A stretch of DNA of 64,000 bases from a virus (IMGVR_UViG_3300029288_000107:40813-104812); one strand, 5' to 3'. Numbered from the stretch's first letter, positions 1 through 10,505 are shown. Numbers and translations: made by a program. The notes: generated from the letters alone by a model not told the origin.

Positions 1-720
1 GACGCGACGGCGGTGGAGGCGCTGACCGTGGAAGGGACGCTGCTGTGTTCGGTGCTGTGCGCCGACTGCGCGAGGGTGCTGAAGGCCGGGAAGTATCCCG
101 GGGTGACCATGCGCGCGGACGGGCGGCTGGAGGCGATCCCGAGCGTGCCTGCCAACGACTGCGACAAGCTGGGAGAGCACGGGTGCGGGGTGCACTGCGG
201 GCCGTGTGACTTCGACGCGGGCAACCAGGCGGACTGCCCGTACCACCAGGACAACGTGCACGCGCGTGCGTCGGAGGGGGATGTGCTTGTTGTGACGGAG
301 GCGGAGTGGAATCGCGCGGTAGCCCTCCGCGAGCGACTGGCAGCCTACGCGCACGAGGCGTGGGCGATGTGGATGCGGCACCTGAGCATGCGGCAGCGCG
401 GGACGAGTTGGCGGGGGGAGCGCGAAATCTGGGAGTTCGAAGTTGAGGACGCGAAGCGGTGGGACAGGCAGGTACGGACGACCTACGCGGAGCTGCCGGA
501 GGCCGAGAAGGCGAGCGATCGGGCGCAGGCGGACCGCATCCTGGCGATCCTGCGCGGGGCGGACACCACGGTGGCCAAGGAGGAGGCGGTGCCGTTGGCG
601 GAGCGTCCATGCATGTTCGAGGGGTGTCGCACCCGCACGCATCGGGTCGATCGGGGATACTGTCCGGCGTGCAAGGCGCGGATGAAGGCGCGCGAGGCGA
701 TCCTGCGGGGGGAGGGATGA
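1..720 (+). CDS. hypothetical phage protein, 5' truncated by window, Cys-rich
   Basis: Frame open from base 1; CxxC pairs; ends AILRGEG and overlaps next ATG. Confidence 0.7.
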   Translation, partial: DATAVEALTVEGTLLCSVLCADCARVLKAGKYPGVTMRADGRLEAIPSVPANDCDKLGEHGCGVHCGPCDFDAGNQADCPYHQDNVHARASEGDVLVVTEAEWNRAVALRERLAAYAHEAWAMWMRHLSMRQRGTSWRGEREIWEFEVEDAKRWDRQVRTTYAELPEAEKASDRAQADRILAILRGADTTVAKEEAVPLAERPCMFEGCRTRTHRVDRGYCPACKARMKAREAILRGEG

Positions 721-1040
721 TGCGGTTGTTCGACTTGCAGTTCCTGCTTGGACATCGCCTGGATCTGGTCAACCAGGTGGAGGGCGACGACGAGTTCATA
801 CACAGCGAGAAGTTCTGCGATCTGGACGAGGAGCAGCGTGCGCGGTTCGAGGGCGGCGCGCGTGGGCGACTGTTCCAGCTGCGGGAGATCGAGGCGATCG
901 ACCTGGCGCACCCGGAACAGGCGGACGCGTGGCTAGGACCACCGTGGCCCATTCGGAAGTCGCTGGAGGAACTGGCGAAGATGGACTTGCCGTCGAGTTC
1001 CAGTTGGAAGGTGCGGGCGATCCTGCGCGGGGAGGGGTGA
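717..1040 (+). CDS. hypothetical protein
   Basis: GGAGG then ATGA overlap at 717; also ends AILRGEG. Confidence 0.65.
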   Translation: MMRLFDLQFLLGHRLDLVNQVEGDDEFIHSEKFCDLDEEQRARFEGGARGRLFQLREIEAIDLAHPEQADAWLGPPWPIRKSLEELAKMDLPSSSSWKVRAILRGEG

Positions 1041-1330
1041 TGAACGGACGGACCATGGTGGTGATCGGTGGGGCGCACGCCGGGCAGCGGGTGGAGGATG
1101 TGGCGGGGCCGATGTTGCGCCTGGCCATGTACGCGACACCGCAGGCGATGCTCCCGGGAAGGGGGCTGCCTCCGGACACGACGGTGCGGGAGGTGGAGTA
1201 CCGGCGGGTGCGGTTGGCGGAACTGGACGTAACGCTGGAGGCATGGGTCCACCCGTCGGTGCTATCGCCGCTGCGGGAGTTGCTGGACCACTACCGGCCG
1301 ATACGTGCGGTCGTGAGCGAGGAGGGGTGA
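1040..1330 (+). CDS. hypothetical protein
   Basis: TGATG coupling with GGAGG SD; N-terminal IGGAHAG motif. Confidence 0.7.
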   Translation: MNGRTMVVIGGAHAGQRVEDVAGPMLRLAMYATPQAMLPGRGLPPDTTVREVEYRRVRLAELDVTLEAWVHPSVLSPLRELLDHYRPIRAVVSEEG

Positions 1331-1332
1331 GA

Positions 1333-1479
1333 ATGCGGGTGCGTCCAATCTTCGCCTGGTACGACTGCTGGGTGGGCGTCTTTTGGGATCGCGGCAAGCG
1401 GATGCTATATGTGTTCCCGCTGCCCATGCTGGGGGTGCGGATCGAGTTCGGAGGAACGTCATGGAGAGACCAAACGTAA
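1333..1479 (+). CDS. small aromatic-rich hypothetical phage protein
   Basis: SD GGAGG; [19 protein letters not shown]...LYVFPLP. Confidence 0.65.
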   Translation: MRVRPIFAWYDCWVGVFWDRGKRMLYVFPLPMLGVRIEFGGTSWRDQT

Positions 1480-1670
1480 AGTGCCCCGTGTGCGGCAGCG
1501 CGATAACGAGGTTCCGTATCTACGAGGACGGCAGTCCGGGCGTGGCGACGTGTGGGTGCGGCGCGGAGGTGCCGGTCCTGCGCGAACAGGTCCGGCTTCT
1601 GCGCGGTCCCGATATCGTGTGGAATGGAGAGAGGTGGGAGACGGTGACAGATTCGGAGGATCGATCATGA
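1461..1670 (+). CDS. small zinc-ribbon protein
   Basis: CPVC...CGC; GGAGG upstream. Confidence 0.6.
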   Translation: MERPNVKCPVCGSAITRFRIYEDGSPGVATCGCGAEVPVLREQVRLLRGPDIVWNGERWETVTDSEDRS

Positions 1671-1876
1671 TGCGGATTAAGTACCTACTGCGTTGTGCCT
1701 GCCATTGGTTGCGGTGCTCGTTGCCAGCTTTGGAGGAATTCTACGAGGCCGGGTGGTGGACGCGCGTGCGTATGCAGTTTTGTGGGGGAATCTGGATCTG
1801 GCATCCAGATCGTGGACGCGTGTGGGTGTACCAGATCAACGGGGAATCCTGGCGGGACGCGCTGGAGGAAGACTGA
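1667..1876 (+). CDS. hypothetical protein
   Basis: ATGA overlap and GGAGG SD. Confidence 0.5.
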   Translation: MMRIKYLLRCACHWLRCSLPALEEFYEAGWWTRVRMQFCGGIWIWHPDRGRVWVYQINGESWRDALEED

Positions 1877-1878
1877 TC

Positions 1879-2208
1879 ATGGGTGCGATACCGATGCCGC
1901 CTCCGCCGAGGCGGGTGAACGTGACGCGAGAGGTCGTGGAGGCGCGGATGGGCAGTGGGCCGCCGTACCCGTTCCACTTCGTGGGGACGCAGCGGCCCGC
2001 GCATCCCAAGATGGGTGATTGCCTGTTCGTTGAGGAGACGGGCGAGGAGTTCATCTACTGCCCCGAGAGCGAAACGTGGCAACTGCTGGCGGGGGCGGGG
2101 TACGACTACGACTGGAGGCGCGAGCGCGAGTGGCACTGCGCCTACTGTCGGACGGTGTTCGTGGAGCAGCGGTGCCCGACCTGTGGTGCCGGGCGCGGGG
2201 AGGAGTAG
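1879..2208 (+). CDS. hypothetical protein with C-terminal zinc ribbon
   Basis: CAYC...CPTCG; SD GGAGG. Confidence 0.65.
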   Translation: MGAIPMPPPPRRVNVTREVVEARMGSGPPYPFHFVGTQRPAHPKMGDCLFVEETGEEFIYCPESETWQLLAGAGYDYDWRREREWHCAYCRTVFVEQRCPTCGAGRGEE

Positions 2209-2211
2209 GAG

Positions 2212-2499
2212 ATGAAAACGGCATCGAAACTGTACGAGATCACGGCGAAGCGTCGGCGCGCAGCGATCGACAAACACGTGGACGGGATCTGGCGCATGAT
2301 GTCATCCCTTGCTGAGGGGCACGGGACTGGCAACTACACGGCGGAGATCGAGAGTGACGCTCCTAGTGCTGTTGTGTCAGCGGTCGCGAGCATCTTCCGG
2401 GAGCACGGGTACGCCGTGCAGGTGCGCGACGCGGACCCCATGGAGAAGCGGGATTGGCGGATCGTGATCAGCTGGGAACCGGCAGAGGAGGAGGCGTGA
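2212..2499 (+). CDS. hypothetical protein
   Basis: SD and tight packing. Confidence 0.6.
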   Translation: MKTASKLYEITAKRRRAAIDKHVDGIWRMMSSLAEGHGTGNYTAEIESDAPSAVVSAVASIFREHGYAVQVRDADPMEKRDWRIVISWEPAEEEA

Positions 2500-2900
2500 T
2501 GGGCAAGCGGATGGATCGGTGGTTTCGGAGGCCGGGGTCGTGGGCGCGGGTGTGGGGCGTATGGGGCGCGGTCCTGATGGCGGCACTGGCGACGTGGCAG
2601 GGCTTGCACGGGGAGGCGAGTTGGCTGGTCTGCATCGTGATGCTGCTGTGCGTGATACTGGGGGAGATGGTGGCGCTGCGGAAGTACGCGGAAGCGCACT
2701 GGGACGATCTGCACGGGCCGGTGCGGGAGACGCTGCGGGGCGCCGTGAACTTTGATAGGTTCGACATCAGGCCGGGCAGCACGGTCAACTTCGACGGCAA
2801 GGAGTTCCGCGTGCAGCAGGTGACGCACGAGATCGCGATGGGGGCGAGCGCAGGCGACACGACGAGCTTCGAGGCGACGCGGGGAGAGGATCGCGCGTAA
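2499..2900 (+). CDS. membrane protein (two TM segments)
   Basis: TGATG coupling; two hydrophobic stretches. Confidence 0.6.
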   Translation: MGKRMDRWFRRPGSWARVWGVWGAVLMAALATWQGLHGEASWLVCIVMLLCVILGEMVALRKYAEAHWDDLHGPVRETLRGAVNFDRFDIRPGSTVNFDGKEFRVQQVTHEIAMGASAGDTTSFEATRGEDRA

Positions 2901-2925
2901 GCGCACGCGCGTGCGCAAGGACGAC

Positions 2926-3315
2926 ATGAAAGACAAGGACGACAACCTGATCGCTGAGAACGTGGTGCGCGCGTTGGGAGACCTGCGCCTGCACGCGATG
3001 CGGTCGGAGTACGCGGTGCACGAGGCGATTGCGACGTGTTTGCGGGCGGCGGGGATCGCGTTCGAGCATGAGGTGCGGGTCGGATCGCGGTGTCGGGTGG
3101 ACTTCCTGTGCGCGGGCGGCGTGGCGATCGAGGTGAAGCGCGGGAAGCCCATCACTAGGGTGGTTGCTGAGCAGGTGGAGCGCTACTGCATGTGCGATCC
3201 GGTGCGGGCGCTCGTGTTGGTGACGGAACGCGGGTTGCAGCAGGTGGTGACGGAGGCGCACGGCAAGCCGGTGCGCACGGTCACGTTGGCGGAGAACTGG
3301 GGGATCGCACTGTGA
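2926..3315 (+). CDS. PD-(D/E)xK family nuclease
   Basis: HE...RVDF...IEVK motifs; coupled (GTGA) to SNF2 helicase. Confidence 0.75.
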   Translation: MKDKDDNLIAENVVRALGDLRLHAMRSEYAVHEAIATCLRAAGIAFEHEVRVGSRCRVDFLCAGGVAIEVKRGKPITRVVAEQVERYCMCDPVRALVLVTERGLQQVVTEAHGKPVRTVTLAENWGIAL

Positions 3316-5135
3316 CGGACCGAATCCCGGACTATCTGGCCGAACCGACCTACGCAGGGCACCTGTATGGGGAGCTGCAATACAACGTCGACCGCAAGCG
3401 GTTCGTGATCGCGGGGGAGCCCGCCATGCGGGAGTTTGCCAAGCGCTTATTCCCGGGAGCCCGGGTGACGCGCGACCTGGTGGCCTTCGACGACACGCGG
3501 CGCGCGGCGGGGGACCTCAACTGGTTCCTGCTTCGGTTCCCGCTGCGGATCGGATGCCCGGAGGAACTGGCGGCGGCGCGGCAGCGCGCTGTGGATCACG
3601 CTCTGCGGCGCACGGCGAACGCCGACTTGACGGCGACGGTGCCTCCGGCGGAGTTCACGGGGAAGCTCTTTCCCTACCAGCAGGTGGGGGTGTCCTACCT
3701 GTGCAGCAACGAGCGCACGCTGCTGGCGGACGGCATGGGGCTCGGGAAGACGTGGACGGCGTTGGGGGCTGCGGCGCAGGTGGGCAAGTATCCCGTGCTG
3801 ATCGTCTGCCAGACGCACGTGCAACGGCAGTGGCAGCGGGCGGTCGGCGCGTTGCTCGACATGCCGGGCACGGGGCAGGAGATTATCGGGGAGACGCAAT
3901 GGGATCGGGCGGAGCGCAAGGGCAAGGCGCTGGCGCCGATCCTGCGCACGTTGACGCCGTACGATCTGCCGAGCACGCCGTTCGCGATCATCCACTACGG
4001 CCTGCTGTCCGCATGGCGAGAGGATCTGGAGCGGCGCGGATACCCCGTCGTCATTTTCGACGAGGTGCAGGAGCTGCGCCACGACGGCAGCCGCAAGTAC
4101 AGCGCGGCGTCGCTGCTGTCGTCGGCGGCGGACTGCGTGTGGGGGTTGTCGGGGACTCCGATCTATGGGTACGGTGCGGAGATCTGGAACGTGACGAACG
4201 CCATCGACTTCAATTGTTTGGGGTCGTTCGAGGCGTTCTCTCGGGAGTGGTGCACGGGATACGGTGTCAAGGTGATCGAGCAGCCGAACGTGCTGGGAGA
4301 CTACCTGCGCCGGGAGGGGCTGATGCTGCGGCGCCGCCAGTCGGAGGTGCAGCCGGACCTACCGCCCGTCCTGCGGCGGGTGCAGGAGTTGGACCACGAT
4401 GAGGAGTTGCACGCGCAACTCATGCGCGAGGCGATAGCCACGGCGCGCGGATTCAACGAGTTGGCCTGGCATCGTCGAGGGCAGGCGGCACGGGATATTG
4501 ATCGCCGATCACGATACGCAGCGGGGATCGCCAAGGCTCACCAGGTGGGGGCATTCATCGTAGGATTGATGGAGGCTGGGGAGCGTCCGCTGGTGTTCGC
4601 CTGGCATCACGACGTGCACGATGTGCTGCGGGAGATGCTGGCCCCCTACCATCCGGCGGTGCTGACGGGGCGCGAGACGGAGCGGCAGAAGGATGCAGCG
4701 CTCCGGAGCTTCGTGAACGATCAGGCTGGCGTGGCGATCTTGTCGTTGCGAACGGCAGCAGGCATCGACGGGTTGCAGGCGCGGGCGACCTGCGTGGTCA
4801 TGGCCGAGTTGGACTGGGCGCCTGCGGTGCACGGGCAATGCGAAACGCGAGCGGCTAGGCTTGGCGTGCCGGACACGGTGACGGAGATCCCGAGCTACTA
4901 CTGCGTGGCGCGGACGGGATACGATGTCACCATGATGGACGTGCTTGGGCTCAAGACGGCGCAGTTTCAGGGGATCATGGGCGACGAGCCGGAGACGGCA
5001 GAGGAGAAGGTGGCGCAGGACGAGGCCGTGGCCCGGCGCCTGCAAACGCTGATCGAGCGGTTGGCGGGGCACGAGGTGCAGTTGCGCGTGAACAGCGGGG
5101 AGATTGTGCAGGCGTTGGAAGAGGAGGAGGAGTGA
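3312..5135 (+). CDS. SNF2-family (SF2) helicase/ATPase
   Basis: LADGMGLGKT, IFDEVQ, LSGTP, GIDGLQ, QCETRAARLG motifs. Confidence 0.9.
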   Translation: MTDRIPDYLAEPTYAGHLYGELQYNVDRKRFVIAGEPAMREFAKRLFPGARVTRDLVAFDDTRRAAGDLNWFLLRFPLRIGCPEELAAARQRAVDHALRRTANADLTATVPPAEFTGKLFPYQQVGVSYLCSNERTLLADGMGLGKTWTALGAAAQVGKYPVLIVCQTHVQRQWQRAVGALLDMPGTGQEIIGETQWDRAERKGKALAPILRTLTPYDLPSTPFAIIHYGLLSAWREDLERRGYPVVIFDEVQELRHDGSRKYSAASLLSSAADCVWGLSGTPIYGYGAEIWNVTNAIDFNCLGSFEAFSREWCTGYGVKVIEQPNVLGDYLRREGLMLRRRQSEVQPDLPPVLRRVQELDHDEELHAQLMREAIATARGFNELAWHRRGQAARDIDRRSRYAAGIAKAHQVGAFIVGLMEAGERPLVFAWHHDVHDVLREMLAPYHPAVLTGRETERQKDAALRSFVNDQAGVAILSLRTAAGIDGLQARATCVVMAELDWAPAVHGQCETRAARLGVPDTVTEIPSYYCVARTGYDVTMMDVLGLKTAQFQGIMGDEPETAEEKVAQDEAVARRLQTLIERLAGHEVQLRVNSGEIVQALEEEEE

Positions 5136-5614
5136 TGCGAAGGTTTTTCTACGACACGGAGTTCATGGAGAGTCCCGGCATGCTGGAGCTGCTGAGCATT
5201 GGCGTGGTGAGCGAGAGCGGGCGGGAGTGCTACCTGGAGAACTACGAGGCGGACCTGAGCCGGGCGAATCCGTGGGTGCGCGAGCACGTGCTGCCGCACC
5301 TGAACCATCCGGACGTGCTGCGCGGGACGCGGAAGATGATCGCGGAGTCTCTGCTGTGGTTCCTACAGCCGTCGAAGGCGGACCCGGTGGAACTGTGGAG
5401 CTATTACGGGGCCTACGATCACGTGGCGCTGTGCTGGCTCTGGGGGCCCATGGTGGACCTACCGCCGGGCATGCCGATGCTGACGCTGGACGTGAAGCAG
5501 CTGGCGCTGAGCCTGGGCGATCCGAAGCTGCCGAAGCAGACCGGGGCCGAGCACAACGCGCTGGCGGATGCGCGGTGGACGCGGGAGGCGTGGTTGTTTC
5601 TGGAGAGTCTGTAA
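5132..5614 (+). CDS. DEDD 3'-5' exoribonuclease, Rv2179c/RNase AS-like
   Basis: FYDTEF, YDHV, HNALADARW motifs. Confidence 0.85.
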   Translation: MMRRFFYDTEFMESPGMLELLSIGVVSESGRECYLENYEADLSRANPWVREHVLPHLNHPDVLRGTRKMIAESLLWFLQPSKADPVELWSYYGAYDHVALCWLWGPMVDLPPGMPMLTLDVKQLALSLGDPKLPKQTGAEHNALADARWTREAWLFLESL

Positions 5615-5640
5615 CGCACGCGCGTGCGAGAGGAGGCATC

Positions 5641-5859
5641 ATGACGGATCGAGTGAGCGGCTTGACGGTGATCTTGGACAAGGACGTGCGGGAGGACGAC
5701 GTGGACGGTCTGGCGCAGGCGATCGGTCACATGCGGGGCGTGATCAAGGTGACGAAGGAGACGGCGGCGCCGTTCCCGGAGTCGGTGGCGCGGGCGCGGC
5801 TCGCGGAGGATCTGGCGGGGCGTTTTAGGGCCATCCTGGACGATCTGTGGAGGGTCTGA
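5641..5859 (+). CDS. small hypothetical phage protein
   Basis: AGGAGG SD; MTDRVSGLTVILDKDVREDD. Confidence 0.7.
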   Translation: MTDRVSGLTVILDKDVREDDVDGLAQAIGHMRGVIKVTKETAAPFPESVARARLAEDLAGRFRAILDDLWRV

Positions 5860-6224
5860 TGGCGGCGTTCGACGGCCCGACCTGCGACTACAACACGACG
5901 AGGTGCTACCACGTGCCGTACGGGGTGACGGTGTCGCGCACGGACGACGTGACGCGGGCCACTAGCACGGTGCCGTGGGACGACGTGGTGGTGAACAACA
6001 CGACGGCGACGTGGCCGAGCGCGGAGATCGACCTGGACCTGCCCGCGTTCGAGCCTCCGAAGCGGCCGGTGGCGCTGCGCACGAGCGTGCGTGAGGTGGT
6101 GAGCGCGATGCTGTCGCCGAAGACAGTGGATCGGGTGACGCAGGTGGCATGGACGCGGGGGCGGGCGCCGCGAGGCTGTAGCTTCCGCACGCTGCGGTGC
6201 TGGGGAACGGATCGGAGGAGGTAG
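5859..6224 (+). CDS. hypothetical protein
   Basis: TGATG coupling, SD GGAGG. Confidence 0.55.
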   Translation: MAAFDGPTCDYNTTRCYHVPYGVTVSRTDDVTRATSTVPWDDVVVNNTTATWPSAEIDLDLPAFEPPKRPVALRTSVREVVSAMLSPKTVDRVTQVAWTRGRAPRGCSFRTLRCWGTDRRR

Positions 6225-6225
6225 G

Positions 6226-6654
6226 ATGTCGAGCGAGAACGTACAGGGCATGCGGGACCGGTTGGAGCGCTTCATCAAGGCCATGCAGTCGGTGGGGGAC
6301 GCCGTGGACGGGCGAACGACAGCGGAGCCGCCGTCCTTCCTGCTGCGCGTGCTGGCCATCGTGGACACGGCGCTGGCGCAGCTGCCGTTCCGGGAGGGGG
6401 ATCGCGTGGCGCTGGTGCGGGACCTCCAGATCCCAAGGAACGATGGCTGGTACCACTGCCGCCACTTCCTCGTGCAGGGCGCGGTGGGCACGGTGCGCGA
6501 GGTGGTGCACAGCGGGGGCGACCACTTCACGTTCTACGTGCGCTTCGACGACGAGTCGTGGGTTGACGATCGCGGCGAGGTGCACGCCACGGCGGAGGAG
6601 AACCGCCACGTGTTCGGGTTCCGCGAGGGCGAGTTGCGGCGCCACGGCATCTGA
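6226..6654 (+). CDS. hypothetical protein, possible SH3/KOW-like barrel
   Basis: SD GGAGG; PFREGDRVAL...GAVGTVREV pattern. Confidence 0.65.
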   Translation: MSSENVQGMRDRLERFIKAMQSVGDAVDGRTTAEPPSFLLRVLAIVDTALAQLPFREGDRVALVRDLQIPRNDGWYHCRHFLVQGAVGTVREVVHSGGDHFTFYVRFDDESWVDDRGEVHATAEENRHVFGFREGELRRHGI

Positions 6655-6661
6655 ACCGCTG

Positions 6662-6689
6662 TTGCCGGGACCGTGCATGGTGTTATAGT
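6662..6689 (+). promoter_or_regulatory. sigma70-like promoter upstream of terminase
   Basis: TTGCCG-N16-TATAGT with TGn extension; GTG start 9 nt downstream with no SD, so possibly leaderless. Confidence 0.5.
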
Positions 6690-6697
6690 GTGAAGTC

Positions 6698-8749
6698 GTG
6701 ACGGTGATCCGCACACAGGAGGGGCGCCGCAAGAGCGTGCTGCGCCCGCAGGACGCGGCGAGCGTGCTGGCCCGGCAGATTGGCACCATGCCGCCGGGCG
6801 AGGTGGCGCTGCTGGATCTCGTGATCGCGGACCGTGTGGCCCATCAGAAGGTGGAGGCGGCCCGCTGGCGTCGCAAGCCAGTGTCCACGGCGCAGTTTCT
6901 GGAGGATCCGTACTTTCTCGGCGATTCCTGTCGCACATTGTTCCCGGCCCTTCGGGAGGACCTGATCCGGCTGTTCGAGGGAGGGTACCGGGAGATCATC
7001 GCTGGTGGAGCCATCGGTGTGGGCAAAACCATGATGTCGACGCTGGTGCTGTGTCGCGTGCTCTACGAGTTGAGCTGCATGGCGTCGCCGCACGCGGCCT
7101 TCGGGCTGTCTCCTGGGAGCGAGATCCTGATCCCGCTGGTGTCCAAGAACTTGTTGCTCACGCGCCGTGTCATCAAGAGTGCTGTGGACGACAAGCTCAA
7201 GCTGTCGCCCTACTTCTTGAACGAGTTCACGCCGCAGTTCCGGACGGAGGAGACGATCTTCCCCGGTAACATCCGCATGGTGGTTGGGTCATATGGTGCA
7301 GAGCGTGTATTGGGTGGAAACGTTGCGGCAGCTTATTTGGACGAAACAAATTTCCCCCCTGGTACGCGCAAGCAGGTCATCACGCAGACGTTGGGCAAGA
7401 AGGTCAGCGAGGCGCACTTCGACGTGGTGGAGAAGGTCTACACGAATCTGATGACGCGCATCAAAAGCCGCCTCATGCGCAGCGGGGGCGACACGCCGGG
7501 GCTGATCATCTTGACGTCGTCGGCGGGAACGATCAATTCGTTCATTGATCGGCGGGTCAAGGAGGCCGAGAACGACCCGCTGTGTTTCGTGCGCGACCAC
7601 ACGTCGTGGACGGCGCGGCCCAAAAGCCACTTCTGCGGGAAGACGTTCCGGGTCGTGTGCGGGACGTCCTCCGTGCAGTCGAAGATCCTCGATGACAACG
7701 AGGAGGTGGACCATGGGCAGCTGGAGCGGCAGAATTCGTTCGTGGTCGAGGTGCCGGTGGAGTTCAAGCGCGACTTCGAACTGAACCTGGAGGACTCGCT
7801 GCGGGACATCGCGGGCATATCGACGCAGGCGATCTCGGCCTACATCCAGCGCGTGGAGGCGTTGGAGGATGCCGTGCGAGACGATCGCACGCACCCGTGG
7901 GGGAAGGAGGCGTGGATCGCGGGTACACCCATGACCTTCCGCTGGGACCTGTTGTGCCAGGAGGTGGAGCACAGCGTAGCGGGGGGGAAGAAGGAACTGC
8001 TGTGGCAGCCGCTGAGAAATCCGAGTGCGCCGCGCTGGATTCACATCGACACCTCGCTGTCGGGGGATGCGACGGGGATCACTATGGCGCACATCGCGAG
8101 GTTCATGGAGGTGCAGCGGCGCATGCCGGACGGTCGCCCCGTGGTGGAGTTGGCGCCGTTCTATGTGGTGGACTTCATGCTGTGCATCCGGCCGCCGAGC
8201 GGGGAGCAGATCTTCCTCGGGGACGTGCGGCAAATCGTGTACGAGTTGCAGAACCACGGCTACTACATCATGGGGTTGAGCACGGACCAGTTCCAAGCGG
8301 CCGATCTGCGGCAGCAGGTCACGCGGACGGCGGGCATCAAGACTGTGCTTCAGTCGGTGGACTTGACTACGGCGCCATACGATACGTTAAAGGGGGCGAT
8401 CTACGAGGGGCGGCTGGAGTTGTACCGGTACGAGCCGCTGCTTGAGGAGCTTCGGGCGCTAGAGTATGATCGCGAGCGAGGGAAAGTTGACCACCCGAAG
8501 CATGTCGGGAAAGACGTGGCGGACAGTTTGGCGGGCGCAATTTTTGGACTGGCACAGAACGCGAGCCGAATGCCGGTGATGCGGAGCGTGGAGGACGTGG
8601 AGGCGCCGCCGACGGAGCAGGATGTCATGGGTCGCATCGTGAGCGGCGGCCAGGTGAAGGGGCCGGTGGACGCGGATGAGATGCGGGCGCGGCAGGAGGC
8701 GGAGCAGGCGGTAGGGCCCATCGCGGTGCCCTTCCTGTTCGGGGACTGA
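6698..8749 (+). CDS. terminase large subunit
   Basis: Walker A GGAIGVGKT, Walker B YLDE, nuclease HIDTS...GD and KVDHP...KDVADS; directly before portal. Confidence 0.9.
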   Translation: MTVIRTQEGRRKSVLRPQDAASVLARQIGTMPPGEVALLDLVIADRVAHQKVEAARWRRKPVSTAQFLEDPYFLGDSCRTLFPALREDLIRLFEGGYREIIAGGAIGVGKTMMSTLVLCRVLYELSCMASPHAAFGLSPGSEILIPLVSKNLLLTRRVIKSAVDDKLKLSPYFLNEFTPQFRTEETIFPGNIRMVVGSYGAERVLGGNVAAAYLDETNFPPGTRKQVITQTLGKKVSEAHFDVVEKVYTNLMTRIKSRLMRSGGDTPGLIILTSSAGTINSFIDRRVKEAENDPLCFVRDHTSWTARPKSHFCGKTFRVVCGTSSVQSKILDDNEEVDHGQLERQNSFVVEVPVEFKRDFELNLEDSLRDIAGISTQAISAYIQRVEALEDAVRDDRTHPWGKEAWIAGTPMTFRWDLLCQEVEHSVAGGKKELLWQPLRNPSAPRWIHIDTSLSGDATGITMAHIARFMEVQRRMPDGRPVVELAPFYVVDFMLCIRPPSGEQIFLGDVRQIVYELQNHGYYIMGLSTDQFQAADLRQQVTRTAGIKTVLQSVDLTTAPYDTLKGAIYEGRLELYRYEPLLEELRALEYDRERGKVDHPKHVGKDVADSLAGAIFGLAQNASRMPVMRSVEDVEAPPTEQDVMGRIVSGGQVKGPVDADEMRARQEAEQAVGPIAVPFLFGD

Positions 8750-8780
8750 GCGACGCACGCGCGTGCGCGAGAGGTAGCGG

Positions 8781-10502
8781 ATGGCCAAGTGGACCGATCG
8801 GGTGCGTTCGTGGTGGCGGGGCCGCGGCAGCAGCGATGAGCTGGCTGAGGTGGCGCGCGGCGTAGGGCAGGGCAGCCCGGACGCGCTGCGTGTGCTGCCG
8901 CCGGACGCGGGGCCGGTAGTCACGCCCATGCTGCACGCGGATGGCCTCACGGACGGCATGGGGGCCATGCTCAGCGTGGGCACCGACCTACTGAGCAAAT
9001 ACATCGACATCGAATTGATGGACGAGTACCCTCCTCTGAGCGCGACCCTCGACGTCTACGCCGATGACGCCACGGTGCAGGACGTGCAGCGGGGCCACAC
9101 TATCTGGGCCACCGGCAACGAGAAGCTGGCCCGGGACCTCGCGAACGACATGCTGTACCGCATCTTGCGCATCGACGACGACGCGTGGGGGGCCATGCGG
9201 ACGATGGTCAAGTACGGAAATACCCCGGCAGAGATCGTGGCAAACGAGCGCGGCGTTCTGGGTCTCAACTTCCTGCCGCCCGCGTCGGTGCGCAAGGTGC
9301 TGGACCACAAGGGGGCGGTGGTCGGCTACGTGCAATCGGTGAGCGCGGCGGGCTTCGCGGCGGTGACCAGCGAGAGCTTCCCCAAGTTGCTGAAGGAGCG
9401 GGCGGCGGGCCCCAACAAGGACGGGGTGGTGGTGTTCGCGCCGTGGGAGGTCGTGTGGTGGCAGATGCCCGCCAAGCAGAGCCGGGCGCCGTACGGGGAG
9501 TCGGTGCTGAGCGCGGCGCGCTGGGCCTGGAAGCGGCTCATCATGCTGGAGGACGCCGCGGTGCAGATGCGGCTTACGAAGGCGCCTTCGAGATATGCAG
9601 TATATGTGGAATGTGGCCACATGCCGCCGAACCAGCAGTTGGCCTACCTGCGCAACGTCAAGAACCAGTGGAAGAAGCGAAAGGTGGTAGACCCGTCCAC
9701 GGGGCAGCTCGATTTCCGGCCGAATCCTGCCGGGCTCGACGAGGACCTGTTCATCCCGGTGGTGGACGGGCGCGAGGCGACGCGGGTCGACGTGCTGAAC
9801 GGCATCGACTTCAACATCATCGACGATCTGGAGTACTTCCGGGGGCAGATGATGAGCGCGACTCACGTGCCGAAGTCGTACATCTTCCAGACCGATGAGG
9901 TCACGCGTGCAAGTTTGTCACAATCCGATGTGATGTTCGCGCGGACGGCCATGCGGGTGCAGCGCCAGTTCATGGCGGGGATTCGGCAGGTGCAGCGGCT
10001 GCACTTCGCGCTGTTGGGGGTGGACCCGGACCAGGTGGAGTTGGACTTCGACATGACCGTGCCGTCGAGTGTGCTGGAGATGTCGCAGATCGAGTCGGGC
10101 AACGCGCGGGCCGCGCTGGCGGCGGCGGTGGCCGACTTCTACGATCGCAAGACCATCCTGACGGAGGTGCTGGGCAAGAGCGAGGCGGAGGCCGAGACCA
10201 TCATGCGGGCGCGCAAGAACGACTACGCCAACCAGGTCAGTCTGGAGGCGGCTGGGCAGCAGGCCATGATGGGCGGGGAGGCTGCGTTCGGGGGCGAGGC
10301 GGGCGCTGAGGGCGGCGCGCTGCCCACGCTGCCAGGCGAGGAGGCAGAGGGCGAGGAGGCGGCGGCCACGGAGGCGCTCCGGAAGCGGCTGGACAGGTTG
10401 GTGGAGGACGTGGAGCACTTGAACGGGGCGGTGCGGCGCACGGAGGATAACGTGCGGCGCCTGCCGCGGGTGCTGGCGCGATCGGCGCGGGGCCGGGGCT
10501 AG
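8781..10502 (+). CDS. portal protein, T4 gp20-like
   Basis: YGESVL, WKRLIMLEDA...RLTKAP, EDLFIP, IDDLEYF, HVPKSY. Confidence 0.92.
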   Translation: MAKWTDRVRSWWRGRGSSDELAEVARGVGQGSPDALRVLPPDAGPVVTPMLHADGLTDGMGAMLSVGTDLLSKYIDIELMDEYPPLSATLDVYADDATVQDVQRGHTIWATGNEKLARDLANDMLYRILRIDDDAWGAMRTMVKYGNTPAEIVANERGVLGLNFLPPASVRKVLDHKGAVVGYVQSVSAAGFAAVTSESFPKLLKERAAGPNKDGVVVFAPWEVVWWQMPAKQSRAPYGESVLSAARWAWKRLIMLEDAAVQMRLTKAPSRYAVYVECGHMPPNQQLAYLRNVKNQWKKRKVVDPSTGQLDFRPNPAGLDEDLFIPVVDGREATRVDVLNGIDFNIIDDLEYFRGQMMSATHVPKSYIFQTDEVTRASLSQSDVMFARTAMRVQRQFMAGIRQVQRLHFALLGVDPDQVELDFDMTVPSSVLEMSQIESGNARAALAAAVADFYDRKTILTEVLGKSEAEAETIMRARKNDYANQVSLEAAGQQAMMGGEAAFGGEAGAEGGALPTLPGEEAEGEEAAATEALRKRLDRLVEDVEHLNGAVRRTEDNVRRLPRVLARSARGRG

Positions 10503-10505
10503 ACC

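Noticed and set aside
6652-6698. +1 readthrough of TGAA fusing gene 6226 to terminase
   Set aside because: The frame matches but TAG at 6686-6688 intervenes.
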